Of a DNA stretch of 64,000 nucleotides, positions 39,678-49,493 are shown in pieces. The position numbers and the translations under genes were made by a program. Within the stretch, counting starts at the first letter, position 1. Each line of letters starts with the position of its first letter. The notes beneath the pieces were generated by a model. The model did not search any database. It saw nothing but the letters and a program-made list of their open reading frames with translations, and was not told the DNA's origin. The stretch comes from Clostridia bacterium (GTDB lineage Bacteria; Bacillota; Clostridia; UMGS1883; UMGS1540): NCBI GenBank assembly GCA_045531205.1, contig JAZSDN010000003.1, forward strand, positions 17,281 through 81,280, written 5' to 3'.

Positions 39678-41327
39678 ATGTTAAAAAAATCAAAAAGTCA
39701 GCAAGGATTAATATTTGTGCTGGCTCTTTTAAATATTATTGTTTCCGCATCGTATGTATTACCGGCACTGCTGTCAAAAGAGCTTATAAATATAGCAGTA
39801 GGTGCAAAAAGCTTTGAATCGGTGCAGGGTGATATAATAAAATACGGGCTTTTTTTGCTTTGTGTTATAGTTACACAGATAATACTTGCAATATTAGCAT
39901 CTCACCTTTCTGCAATGATATCAGGCAGACTTGAAATGGAACTTCGTAAAAGTTTTTTTGATAATATAACGCAAAAAAATTTCTCGGATATTACAAAAAA
40001 ACATTCGGGAGAAATTTTAAACCGTTTCACAAGCGATATTGATATAGTTGTACAAGGGATAACAGGCTTTTTGCCAAGAACACTGTCTATGGCAACAAAA
40101 ATAATAGCAGGTCTTTTGGTTATTGCTTCGTTCAGCAAAAAGTTTGCACTTTTAATTATAGCAGTCGGTCTTGCAATGCTTTTAATAGCTGCATTTTTCA
40201 AAACCTTTTACAAAAAGCTTCATAAAAAGGTTCAAAGTGCATCGGGAACAATGCGTGGATTTGTGCAGGAATGTACCGAAAATCTTATAGTTGTAAAATC
40301 CTTTTCAAATCGAAAACTGCTTCTTGTAAAGCTTATGGAATATATGCGTAAAATTTATAAACTCAAGATGTTTCGTAATTTTGTAAGCAACTTTGCAGGC
40401 GGCGGAGTAACCTTTATTTTCACACTCGGTTATTATGGAACATTGTGTTATTGTTGCTTCCTTCTTGCCGACGGAAAAATGGATTACGGTACACTTATGG
40501 CATTTTTGCAGATTATTTCGCAAATACGCTCACCCTTTGTAAATGCATCGGGACTTGTTACCCAGTTTTACAGTGCCCAAGCCTCGGCCGAACGTCTTAT
40601 GGAGTTTGAGTACCTTGCAGATGAAGAAACCGACGATAACTTTGAAACAGAAAAAGTTTATAACGCTATGCAAAGCATAAAAGCCGAAAATCTTTCCTTT
40701 AAATACGGAAAAAATAATGTTATAGAAAATTCCAACTTCGAGATAAAAAAAGGCACTATGACAGCAATAACAGGTCTTTCAGGCACAGGTAAAAGTACAC
40801 TCTTCAAACTGCTTTTAGGGCTTTATAAAACAAGTGGAGGAAATCTTTGTTTTAAATTAGAAAACGGAGATGTGGATATTTCTTCAAAAACAAGACAAAT
40901 GTTTGCCTATGTTCCTCAAGGAAATCTTTTGATATCAGGAACAGTTGCAGAAAACATAAAATTTGCAAAAGAAAACATCAGCGATGAAGAAATGTATTCA
41001 GCGGCAAAAACTGCGTGCATATATGACTTTATAAAAACTCTGCCCGATGGATTTAATACATATATAAGCGAAAGGGGAGCAGGCCTTTCCGAAGGGCAGA
41101 TACAAAGAATTTCGGTAGCACGTGCACTTTGCAGTAACGCACCAATTCTTTTGCTTGATGAATGTACATCCGCACTTGACAGCGAAACTGAAGAACAAAT
41201 GCTTCAGAATATAGCATCACTCAAAACAAAAACAGTGCTCTTTATTTCACATAAAAATGCAGCATTGTCAGTGTGTGACTCGCATATAGATATAAGCAAC
41301 AAAACCTTTAAAAAGATTACAAATTAA
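39678..41327 (+). CDS. ABC exporter, fused permease/ATPase (no C39 peptidase domain)
   Basis: Six TM segments, then Walker A GLSGTGKST, signature LSEGQ and Walker B ILLLDE. Confidence 0.9.
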   Translation: MLKKSKSQQGLIFVLALLNIIVSASYVLPALLSKELINIAVGAKSFESVQGDIIKYGLFLLCVIVTQIILAILASHLSAMISGRLEMELRKSFFDNITQKNFSDITKKHSGEILNRFTSDIDIVVQGITGFLPRTLSMATKIIAGLLVIASFSKKFALLIIAVGLAMLLIAAFFKTFYKKLHKKVQSASGTMRGFVQECTENLIVVKSFSNRKLLLVKLMEYMRKIYKLKMFRNFVSNFAGGGVTFIFTLGYYGTLCYCCFLLADGKMDYGTLMAFLQIISQIRSPFVNASGLVTQFYSAQASAERLMEFEYLADEETDDNFETEKVYNAMQSIKAENLSFKYGKNNVIENSNFEIKKGTMTAITGLSGTGKSTLFKLLLGLYKTSGGNLCFKLENGDVDISSKTRQMFAYVPQGNLLISGTVAENIKFAKENISDEEMYSAAKTACIYDFIKTLPDGFNTYISERGAGLSEGQIQRISVARALCSNAPILLLDECTSALDSETEEQMLQNIASLKTKTVLFISHKNAALSVCDSHIDISNKTFKKITN

Positions 41328-41346
41328 TAATATACAGGAGGATAAA

Positions 41347-41937
41347 ATGATCAGAAAAATACTTGACGGTATATGTGCCGGAATACTTATTGCAATAGGT
41401 GGCTCTGTTTACCTTTCTTGCGACGTAAAATATGTAGGAGCAATTCTTTTTTCAGTAGCCCTTTTAACAATATGCTTTAAAGGATATTCCCTTTATACGG
41501 GCAAAATAGGCTTTATGTATTACGCCCACGGAAAAGAAGAATGGTCAGTTCTTCTTTTAGGACTTTTAGGCAACCTTATTGCAACAACAGTTTTTGGTAT
41601 ACTTATAGCATACGCAGTTCCTGCATTAAAAGAAACGGCTTATACAATTTGCGAAGCCAAGCTTGCACAAATGCCCCTTCAGGCGTTTATTCGTGCAATA
41701 ATGTGCGGTATTCTTATGTACCTTGCAGTAAACATTTATAAAGACGGTAAAAATATAACAGGCATACTTTTCTGTATCCCGGTATTTATATTAAGCGGAT
41801 TTGAACATTCAGTTGCAAATATGTTTTATTTCGCAGCATCGGGAATAACAAGCTTTTCGGCATTTATTTATATATGCATAGTAATTCTCGGCAATACAGT
41901 AGGAGCCTTGCTTTTCCCATTTATAGAAAAAAAGTAA
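41347..41937 (+). CDS. Formate/nitrite transporter (FNT) family protein, short form
   Basis: 196-aa polytopic protein. FEHSVANM is the FNT signature. Confidence 0.7.
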   Translation: MIRKILDGICAGILIAIGGSVYLSCDVKYVGAILFSVALLTICFKGYSLYTGKIGFMYYAHGKEEWSVLLLGLLGNLIATTVFGILIAYAVPALKETAYTICEAKLAQMPLQAFIRAIMCGILMYLAVNIYKDGKNITGILFCIPVFILSGFEHSVANMFYFAASGITSFSAFIYICIVILGNTVGALLFPFIEKK

Positions 41938-42136
41938 TATTAAAAAATATGGTTTCGCCACAGCCAGATAAGGAAATATTGTCCTGAAAATCACCTTTTT
42001 ATTGAATTTCTGCGTTAAAAAATGTGCATATCCGTCAGGATTATGTACATTTTTAGCCTTGAACTTCATACAAAAATTTTGATTTCAGGATGCGTTGCAG
42101 TTTTGAATATCAGATTTTTATATTTAGACAAAGAAT

Positions 42137-42174
42137 AAAAAGCCCGTAATACCGACGTATTTCGGGCTTTTTTG
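42137..42174. terminator. Bidirectional rho-independent terminator
   Basis: AAAAAGCCCG...CGGGCTTTTTT with an internal AATAC/GTATT extension. Confidence 0.75.
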
Positions 42175-42272
42175 ATGTAGTATAAATTAAAAATATGGCT
42201 TCAAAACCAAAACTGCCTTACCTGGTTGTGGCGTTTTACACCGCATTTTTTGTATAACAAAACCTCTTTGTT

Positions 42273-43325
42273 TTATATTTCTTCTTTATATCTGAATTTA
42301 TCCCAAGGAATGTCTACCTTTACCTTTTTGGTAAGAATATCATTTATATGTATTAAAAGAGGGAAATTATTTAAATCAAGCACATTTTTTTCTGCATTTT
42401 TAATAATGGCTCTTCCAACTCTTTCTGCTACAACCAAAGATTCCAAGGTTACACCGTTTAACTCTTCTTTTGCCTTGTCAATATCAAGACCTCTGCCTAA
42501 AAGTATACCTATAAGCCTTGTTCTGCCACCATACACAGTAACATATAAATCGCCAATTCCTACTTTTAAGTTGTTAAGAGATAAAACTCCCTGAAACTCT
42601 AAAAGCTTATACATTTCATCAAGAGCCTGACCAAATACAGCGGCCTGTGAATTAAAATGCAAAGGACTATCTAAACCAAATTCTTTTTGGTTTAATCCTA
42701 TAGTAAGAGCAACACCTAAAGCATAACCGTTTTTTAAAGCAACAGCACTCTCAATGCCTGTAACATCTGTTGTTATGCTTATGTGATAATAATCTGTTTC
42801 CATTATTTTGCGAAGCTTTTCTAAAACTTCAATATCTTTTCCGCAAAAAGAAACATGTGTCTGGTCGTGTGCAACAAGCTCATAGCTCGTACAAGGTCCT
42901 CCAACTGCGTTTAAAGAAATATTTTTTCCTAATTCCTTCGCCTTTTCGTTCCATATATCAGGGTATGTAATAAGCTTTCCGTCGGGCGTATCAATTAACC
43001 CTTTTGTAACAGTTAAAACAGGAATGTTTTCAGGAATAATCGGAAGAATTACATCCGAAAACCAGTCAACACCAAAACTGCTTATACCGCCAATTATCAT
43101 ATCGGCACCGTCTATTGCTTTTTTAACATCTTCTATCTGATAAAATTTAATTCCCAAAGGAAAATCCTTTTCAAATTTCAGATGTCTGTTATTTTCTATG
43201 CAGTTATCAATTATTTTTCTGTCAAGAGGAGTACCGCAAACCCTTACTTCGTTTCCGTTTTCTCTTGCAGGGAAGGCAAGGGCTGACCCCATCATTCCGG
43301 CACCTATAATTGTTACAGTAGCCAT
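42273..43325 (-). CDS. NAD(P)H-dependent glycerol-3-phosphate dehydrogenase family protein (divergent)
   Basis: Rossmann N-terminus TIIGAGMMGSALA, VTKGLI, GGPCTSYEL and ALKNGYALG. Confidence 0.65.
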   Translation of the reverse strand: MATVTIIGAGMMGSALAFPARENGNEVRVCGTPLDRKIIDNCIENNRHLKFEKDFPLGIKFYQIEDVKKAIDGADMIIGGISSFGVDWFSDVILPIIPENIPVLTVTKGLIDTPDGKLITYPDIWNEKAKELGKNISLNAVGGPCTSYELVAHDQTHVSFCGKDIEVLEKLRKIMETDYYHISITTDVTGIESAVALKNGYALGVALTIGLNQKEFGLDSPLHFNSQAAVFGQALDEMYKLLEFQGVLSLNNLKVGIGDLYVTVYGGRTRLIGILLGRGLDIDKAKEELNGVTLESLVVAERVGRAIIKNAEKNVLDLNNFPLLIHINDILTKKVKVDIPWDKFRYKEEI

Positions 43326-43326
43326 T

Positions 43327-44607
43327 TTAAAACTCCTTAAAATCTTTTACAAATTTTTTAAATTCTCCCAAAAGGTATAAAGACCCAAATATGCAAACAA
43401 CATCAGGCTTTATCTGTAAAGCATTAGTTAAAGCGTCTTCAATACTTTCGGCGGATATAACATCACTTCTGTGCTTTTTAACTTCAAAAGCAAGCTCATC
43501 TGCTGATAGTGTACGGGGAGAGGGGACAGAAACTGTTATAAACCTTTCAGGAATATCTGCAATCATTTCAACTGCTTCTTTGTATTCCTTGTCCTTTAAC
43601 ATTCCCATTATAAAGCTTATTTTCTTGCCTTCAAAAAGAGTAGTAACACTATCATAAAAGGCTTTCATTCCCGATATGTTGTGAGCGCCGTCAGTAATAA
43701 TAAGCGGTTTTTCAGAAATTTTTTCCATTCTTCCGGGATGCTTTAACGCCGAAAAACCTTCATAAACTGCATTTTCAGGAATATCTATGCCACTTTTTCT
43801 TAAAACATCAACACAACAAAGTGCAGTTGCCGCATTCTTTGCCATGTGACGGCCGATTAAAGGCATACAAAGCCTTTCATAACCTTCATAAGAAAAATAA
43901 GTTCCGTTTAAAGATATATCAAAAATTTCAGGCATTTTTGCAATATGAATATCTGAATTCATTTTTTCACAGTATGCTTTTATAACCTCAAAAACTTCGC
44001 TTTCCTGCTCTGGATAAACAACACAAGGACATCCTTTTTTTATAATTCCGCATTTTTCTTTTGCAATTTCAGCCAAAGTATTTCCTAAAACCGACATGTG
44101 GTCAAAGCTTATAGATGTTATAACAGAACATAGGGGAGAGTCAATAATGTTTGTAGCATCAAGCCTTCCGCCAAGTCCTACCTCTAAAATTACATAATCG
44201 CAGCCTATATTTTTAAAATATAAAAAAGCTGCAGCAGTAATAACTTCAAACTCTGTGGGATGAGAAAACCCGTCTTTCACCATATCGTCGCAAACAACAC
44301 TTATTTTTTCAATAAGTCTTGTTAAATCGCTTTCGGGAATAGCTTGTCCGTTTACAGAAATACGTTCACAAAAATGGTCTACAAAAGGAGAAATATAAGC
44401 ACCTGTCTTGTAACCGCTTGCACGCAAAATTGAGGCAAGGAGAGTAGTAATACTCCCCTTGCCGTTAGTACCGGCAACATGCACAAATTTTAAACTTTGT
44501 TGCGGATTTCCTATTCTTTTTGTAAGCTCACTTATAGTATCAAGTCCGGGCTTTGAGCCGAATTTTGATAATGAGTGAATAAAATCTAATGCATTGTTGT
44601 AGTTCAT
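43327..44607 (-). CDS. folC: Folylpolyglutamate synthase / dihydrofolate synthase
   Basis: Mur-ligase P-loop AGTNGKGS. Typical position downstream of valS. Confidence 0.85.
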   Translation of the reverse strand: MNYNNALDFIHSLSKFGSKPGLDTISELTKRIGNPQQSLKFVHVAGTNGKGSITTLLASILRASGYKTGAYISPFVDHFCERISVNGQAIPESDLTRLIEKISVVCDDMVKDGFSHPTEFEVITAAAFLYFKNIGCDYVILEVGLGGRLDATNIIDSPLCSVITSISFDHMSVLGNTLAEIAKEKCGIIKKGCPCVVYPEQESEVFEVIKAYCEKMNSDIHIAKMPEIFDISLNGTYFSYEGYERLCMPLIGRHMAKNAATALCCVDVLRKSGIDIPENAVYEGFSALKHPGRMEKISEKPLIITDGAHNISGMKAFYDSVTTLFEGKKISFIMGMLKDKEYKEAVEMIADIPERFITVSVPSPRTLSADELAFEVKKHRSDVISAESIEDALTNALQIKPDVVCIFGSLYLLGEFKKFVKDFKEF

Positions 44608-44609
44608 AA

Positions 44610-47219
44610 TTATTTCATCTTTTCAATGCTTGCAAGTACAACCTCAAGCATTTCTTTGTATTTTTCGCCCTTCGCACGTTCTTCTTCAACAACCTTTGCA
44701 GGAGCCTTTGCAACAAAGCCCTGATTAGAAAGCTTGTTTTCAACACGGCGGATTTCATCTTCAAGATGTTCTTTTTCTTTTGTAAGTCTTGCAAGTTCCT
44801 TATCTTTATCAATAAGGTCAGCTAAAGGAAGCAATATTTCAGCACCCGAAACAACAATATTTACGGCATTGTCACATTCAGCATCCTTCTCGGCTTTTAC
44901 AATAACCTCACTTGCACTTGCAAGCTTTTTAAAGAAGGCTTCGCCTGCTTCAAAAAGTTCCTTGTTCTGAGTAATAGCAATAAGCTTACCCTGCTTTGAA
45001 GGGGGAATATTCATTTCAGCTCTTCTGTTTCTTATACCGCGGATAGCTTCGCATATAATTTCCATCTTAGCTTCTTCGTCTTCAAAGCAAAGATTTTCAT
45101 TATATTCAGGCCAGGAGGCTGTAACAATGGTTTCCTCGCTAACAGGTAACGAACAGAAAATTTCTTCTGTAATAAAAGGCATAAATGGATGCAAAAGCTT
45201 TAATATACCGCTTAATACATAAGCAAGAGTATTTTGTGCATCAATATCCTTGTCATCACCGTAAAGACGGGGCTTAACAAGTTCAATATACCAGTCGCAG
45301 AAAACATCCCATGTAAAGTCGTAAAGCTTAGCAAGACCAATACCAATATCAAACTTTTCAAGATTATCTGTAACTTCAGCAACAAGCTTATTAAACTTCG
45401 ATAAAATCCACTTGTCTTCGATAGCAGGATTTTCGGGCAAGCAAACCTTGTCAATGTTAAGATTCATCATAACAAATCTTGCAGCATTCCAGAGCTTGTT
45501 TGCAAAGTTACGGCTTGCTTCAACTCTTTCCATATAAAAACGCATATCGTTTCCGGGAGAGTTACCTGTTGCAAGAGTAAATCTTAAAGCGTCAGCACCG
45601 TATGTTCCGATAATCTCAAGCGGGTCAATACCATTGCCGAGTGATTTCGACATTTTTCTGCCCTGACTGTCCCTAACAAGACCGTGGATGAATACGTGCT
45701 TAAAGGGAGCCTCCTTCATGTGTTCCATACCCGAGAAAATCATTCTCGCAACCCAGAAGAAAATAATATCATAACCCGTTACAAGCACGCTTGTGGGGTA
45801 GAAGTAGTCAAGCTCTTCTGTTTTTTCGGGCCATCCCAAAGTGGAGAAAGGCCAGAGTGCAGAACTGAACCATGTGTCAAGCACATCCTCTTCCTGTCTT
45901 AAAGGAGCACCGCATTCGCAAGTGTCAAGATTTTCACGGCTTATATACATCTTTCCGCATTTATCACAGTAAAAAGCAGGGATTCTGTGGCCCCACCAGA
46001 GCTGTCTTGAAATACACCAATCGTGTACATTTTCCATCCAGTTTAAGTATGTTTTGCTGAATCTGTCAGGAACAAACTGAACTGTGGAATCTTCAACAAC
46101 CCTGATAGCTTCTTTTGCCAAAGGCTGCATTTTAACAAACCACTGGTCGCTTGTCATGGGTTCAACAGTAGTACCGCAACGGTAGCAGGCACCAACGTTG
46201 TGTGAGTGAGGCTCAACCTTTACAAGGAATCCTTCCTTCTCTAAATCTTCAACTAAAAGCTTTCTTGCTTCATATCTGTCCATACCTTCGTATTTTCCGG
46301 TATGAGCATTCATTTTAGCATCATCGGTTAAAACCTTTATCTGCTCAAGGTTATGTCTTAAACCAACTTCAAAGTCGTTGGGGTCGTGTGCAGGAGTAAT
46401 CTTAACAGCACCTGTACCAAATTCCATATCAACATAATCGTCTGCAACTATGGGGATACGTCTGTCAGTTAAAGGCAGAATAAGATTTTTGCCTACCTTG
46501 TCCTTGTATCTTTCGTCAGCAGGATTTACCGCAACAGCAGTATCACCAAACATGGTTTCAGGTCTTGTTGTAGCAACAGTAATGTAACCGCTTCCGTCTT
46601 CGTAGGGGTATCTTATGTGCCAGAAAAATCCTTCCTGTTCGGAATATTCAACTTCTGCATCAGAAAGAGCAGTAGTACAGCAGGGACACCAGTTAATTAT
46701 TTTGTTACCCTTGTAAATAAGACCTTTTTCGTATAACGAAACAAAAACTTCTCTAACAGCCTTTGAACAACCTTCGTCCATAGTAAAGCGTTCTTTTGAC
46801 CAGTCGCACGAAGAACCTAACTTTTTAAGCTGATTTATAATTCTGTTTCCGTAATTATTTTTCCATTCCCAAACCTTTTCAAGGAACTTTTCGCGGCCTA
46901 AATCATGTCTTGTTATTCCGTCTTTCCTAAGCTCTGCTTCAACCTTAATCTGTGTAGCAATACCTGCATGGTCTGTTCCTGGAACCCAAAGAGCATTATA
47001 CCCTTGCATTCTCTTAAATCTTATAAGAACATCCTGCAAAGTTTCATCCAAAGCATGTCCCATATGAAGCTGTCCTGTTACATTGGGAGGGGGAATAACA
47101 ATAGAAAAAGGTACTTTGTTTTTATCGGGGTTAGCTTCAAAGTACTTATTGTCTATCCATTTTTTATATAACCTGTCCTCAACCGCAGAGGGATTATAGG
47201 TTTTTTCCATTTCCTTCAA
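44610..47219 (-). CDS. valS: Valine--tRNA ligase
   Basis: HMGH (LHMGHALD), KMSKS, and a C-terminal coiled coil. Confidence 0.95.
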   Translation of the reverse strand: MKEMEKTYNPSAVEDRLYKKWIDNKYFEANPDKNKVPFSIVIPPPNVTGQLHMGHALDETLQDVLIRFKRMQGYNALWVPGTDHAGIATQIKVEAELRKDGITRHDLGREKFLEKVWEWKNNYGNRIINQLKKLGSSCDWSKERFTMDEGCSKAVREVFVSLYEKGLIYKGNKIINWCPCCTTALSDAEVEYSEQEGFFWHIRYPYEDGSGYITVATTRPETMFGDTAVAVNPADERYKDKVGKNLILPLTDRRIPIVADDYVDMEFGTGAVKITPAHDPNDFEVGLRHNLEQIKVLTDDAKMNAHTGKYEGMDRYEARKLLVEDLEKEGFLVKVEPHSHNVGACYRCGTTVEPMTSDQWFVKMQPLAKEAIRVVEDSTVQFVPDRFSKTYLNWMENVHDWCISRQLWWGHRIPAFYCDKCGKMYISRENLDTCECGAPLRQEEDVLDTWFSSALWPFSTLGWPEKTEELDYFYPTSVLVTGYDIIFFWVARMIFSGMEHMKEAPFKHVFIHGLVRDSQGRKMSKSLGNGIDPLEIIGTYGADALRFTLATGNSPGNDMRFYMERVEASRNFANKLWNAARFVMMNLNIDKVCLPENPAIEDKWILSKFNKLVAEVTDNLEKFDIGIGLAKLYDFTWDVFCDWYIELVKPRLYGDDKDIDAQNTLAYVLSGILKLLHPFMPFITEEIFCSLPVSEETIVTASWPEYNENLCFEDEEAKMEIICEAIRGIRNRRAEMNIPPSKQGKLIAITQNKELFEAGEAFFKKLASASEVIVKAEKDAECDNAVNIVVSGAEILLPLADLIDKDKELARLTKEKEHLEDEIRRVENKLSNQGFVAKAPAKVVEEERAKGEKYKEMLEVVLASIEKMK

Positions 47220-47266
47220 ACTAATTCATTCCTTTCAAAGAAAAACTCTTATGCATATATAAATAT

Positions 47267-47295
47267 ATAATACTACATATTTTCCTAATTGTCAA
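47267..47295 (-). promoter_or_regulatory. Candidate sigma-A promoter of valS
   Basis: Minus strand reads TTGACA, 17-nt spacer, TATTAT. Confidence 0.55.
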
Positions 47296-47299
47296 CTTA

Positions 47300-47337
47300 A
47301 AACAGCGCCCGAAAAACAAAATTTTTCGGGCGCTTTA
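47300..47337 (-). terminator. Rho-independent terminator of the WG-repeat protein gene
   Basis: AGCGCCCGAAAAA / TTTTTCGGGCGCT stem with a T-run on the minus strand. Confidence 0.8.
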
Positions 47338-47344
47338 ATAATTT

Positions 47345-49324
47345 TTATTCAAAATAGGGAGTAGCCAAAGGCTCAATGTTTATAAGCTTCTCTTCGCCTG
47401 TTTCAAGATTCACTTCATAATGGTAGGTTCCTGCCTCGTGTAACACAAACTCCTCACCGTCTGCAACCCTGTCCACAGCCTTTGAAGGGAATGAAACCTC
47501 ATATCTCAAAACCTTTTGGTCTTCCGAAAGCTGAAATCCGTCAGGTACTTTACTCCTGAATAAACTTTCTCTTGGAGCATCCTTGTATAAAGCGTGCTCG
47601 TTTCCTTCGTTGTCAATAAAACAAAGCCTTGGATTTCCGCCGTGAGGAGTAGCTTGCAGCATCAGCAGTACAGTGCCGTAAGGAGTCTGTATCATTTCCT
47701 GAATAGAAGAAACCTTGCTTTCAGCATATTCCTTTATCTTTTTATCATGCGGATTTTCCTCATCAAATTCCCATATAATAACCTGTCTTGATTGCCTGTT
47801 CCAAAAAACGTAGCAATCTAAAGCCTCCGCAACAGCTCTCACAGGAACTAAAGTTCTGCTGTTTTCAATCTTTGCAGGTGCATCAATCGAAATAACCTCA
47901 TTATTTTTATATAAAACATTTTCGCCTATTGTAATAGTAATTACAGTATCATCTTTTGTAGCCGTAACTGTTTTAGCGGTGTCATCCCATAAAACTTTGG
48001 CACCAAGACTTTCAAAAATAGCACGCATGGGCAAAAATGTTCTGTCATTTTCAATTTCTGCCAAAACATCACTTACAAGCTCTTTATCTTTTATAAAAAC
48101 CTTCGGGTAAATAAGCGGATTTGGGATGTACCCCCACGACTTTGTGTCAAACTCTCTTATGCCCAAAAATCCGTCGCCGTAGTAATAGGCATCATTACCG
48201 TGAACCGTGCATATCTGCTTTCCTCCGTAATCGTAAAAATACACGTGTTCCGAATCGTATGCATATATAAGCCCGTCGCCATAAACGTGAATATATTCAA
48301 ATTTTGTGTTTAGAACACTATTTCCGTTTGCATCAATCAAACCTTTTAAAATATGATAGGGACCGACAACCATATTTGTCTGAATAAAGGGATAAACATT
48401 GTAACCGCCTCCCGCACCCCTTAAAGTCACACCTTCGGGAGCTGTGTATATTATCTGGTTTTGAGCATTTTTAATAATTTTTTGGTCTACAATAAATGCC
48501 TCACCGCCCGCAAGCTCTTTCATAGAGTAATCAAAAGGTATAATTATGTTTTGATTCATATCCATAACAGCCCACATACCGCTTGCATCTGTTACCACCA
48601 TATAGCCGTCTAATAAATATTGAACAGAATAGTTGTAATTGTAAGTGTAAATATCATTTCCGTTTTTATCAATAACATCATAATCGGTTTTTGCATACCC
48701 GTCTTTAAAATTGTGTGCAGCCCAGTATGTGTCGGGAGCCTTTAAAATTTCGCCATTTTCAAGCAAATATCCATACTTGCCTCCCGTGTAAGTTCCGTAT
48801 TGACTAAGCTGTCCGCCTGAACATATCATGGCAACACCGTCATGAAACCCATAAGCATATTCAAACTGCAAGGGAATCTGCTCTTCACCTTTTGAATTTA
48901 AGTATCCAAATTTATGCTCACGGCTTACAGGGATTAAATCACTTTTGCCGTCACCACCTGGGTCATTACGGTAAAGCCTGCGTGGATTTTGCTTAATCTG
49001 TTCAAGAAAAAATGCATCATATACAAACTCTGTAAGCTGATTTCCGTACCTGTCAAAATAAGCATATTTCTCATTTTTACCTAAAATCTGAATAAGTCCG
49101 TTAGAGCATAAAAACTTTACCCTCTCATCAAAAGGAATAAGAACATTACCATAAATATCTATAACTGCCGACATATCGTCTTTGTGTACCACGGTTACAC
49201 CTCTGCAAAAGTGGTCACCAAAGTCGTAATTATCATTTATTGTTGCTTTGTATACATAAGCATTGGCAGTTACCGAAAAAAAGGTAAACATAGCAATAAA
49301 TAATGCAAAAATACGTTTTTTCAT
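47345..49324 (-). CDS. Secreted WG-repeat protein with two copper-amine-oxidase N-terminal-like (stalk) domains
   Basis: Signal peptide. Repeated KFGY/WGY...G motifs. IENDRTFLPMRAIFESLGAKVLWD and IENSRTLVPVRAVAEALDCYVFWN. Confidence 0.75.
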   Translation of the reverse strand: MKKRIFALFIAMFTFFSVTANAYVYKATINDNYDFGDHFCRGVTVVHKDDMSAVIDIYGNVLIPFDERVKFLCSNGLIQILGKNEKYAYFDRYGNQLTEFVYDAFFLEQIKQNPRRLYRNDPGGDGKSDLIPVSREHKFGYLNSKGEEQIPLQFEYAYGFHDGVAMICSGGQLSQYGTYTGGKYGYLLENGEILKAPDTYWAAHNFKDGYAKTDYDVIDKNGNDIYTYNYNYSVQYLLDGYMVVTDASGMWAVMDMNQNIIIPFDYSMKELAGGEAFIVDQKIIKNAQNQIIYTAPEGVTLRGAGGGYNVYPFIQTNMVVGPYHILKGLIDANGNSVLNTKFEYIHVYGDGLIYAYDSEHVYFYDYGGKQICTVHGNDAYYYGDGFLGIREFDTKSWGYIPNPLIYPKVFIKDKELVSDVLAEIENDRTFLPMRAIFESLGAKVLWDDTAKTVTATKDDTVITITIGENVLYKNNEVISIDAPAKIENSRTLVPVRAVAEALDCYVFWNRQSRQVIIWEFDEENPHDKKIKEYAESKVSSIQEMIQTPYGTVLLMLQATPHGGNPRLCFIDNEGNEHALYKDAPRESLFRSKVPDGFQLSEDQKVLRYEVSFPSKAVDRVADGEEFVLHEAGTYHYEVNLETGEEKLINIEPLATPYFE

Positions 49325-49404
49325 AATAAACTACTCCTTTCAATTTAATTATATATATGTTAGCTGGAAAAATCAAGATATTACAACAATTTGTCAAAGT
49401 AATG

Positions 49405-49433
49405 TTGCAAAGAAGAAATGTTTATGTTACAAT
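49405..49433 (+). promoter_or_regulatory. Candidate sigma-A promoter
   Basis: TTGCAA, 17-nt spacer, TACAAT. Confidence 0.45.
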
Positions 49434-49493
49434 AAAAAAGCAGTTTAATGTATAGTCATTTTTGCCTCGTGTTTACCCCCGGAGGATTAAAAA

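Noticed and set aside
41938-42136. About 200-nt spacer between the FNT gene and the bidirectional terminator. It contains the start of an 86-aa minus ORF (41809-42069) and a 38-aa + strand ORF.
   Set aside because: Neither ORF has an RBS, and the minus ORF runs antisense into the FNT gene. I saw no conserved-looking structure. It is possibly a 3' UTR or a decayed gene remnant, but nothing can be supported.
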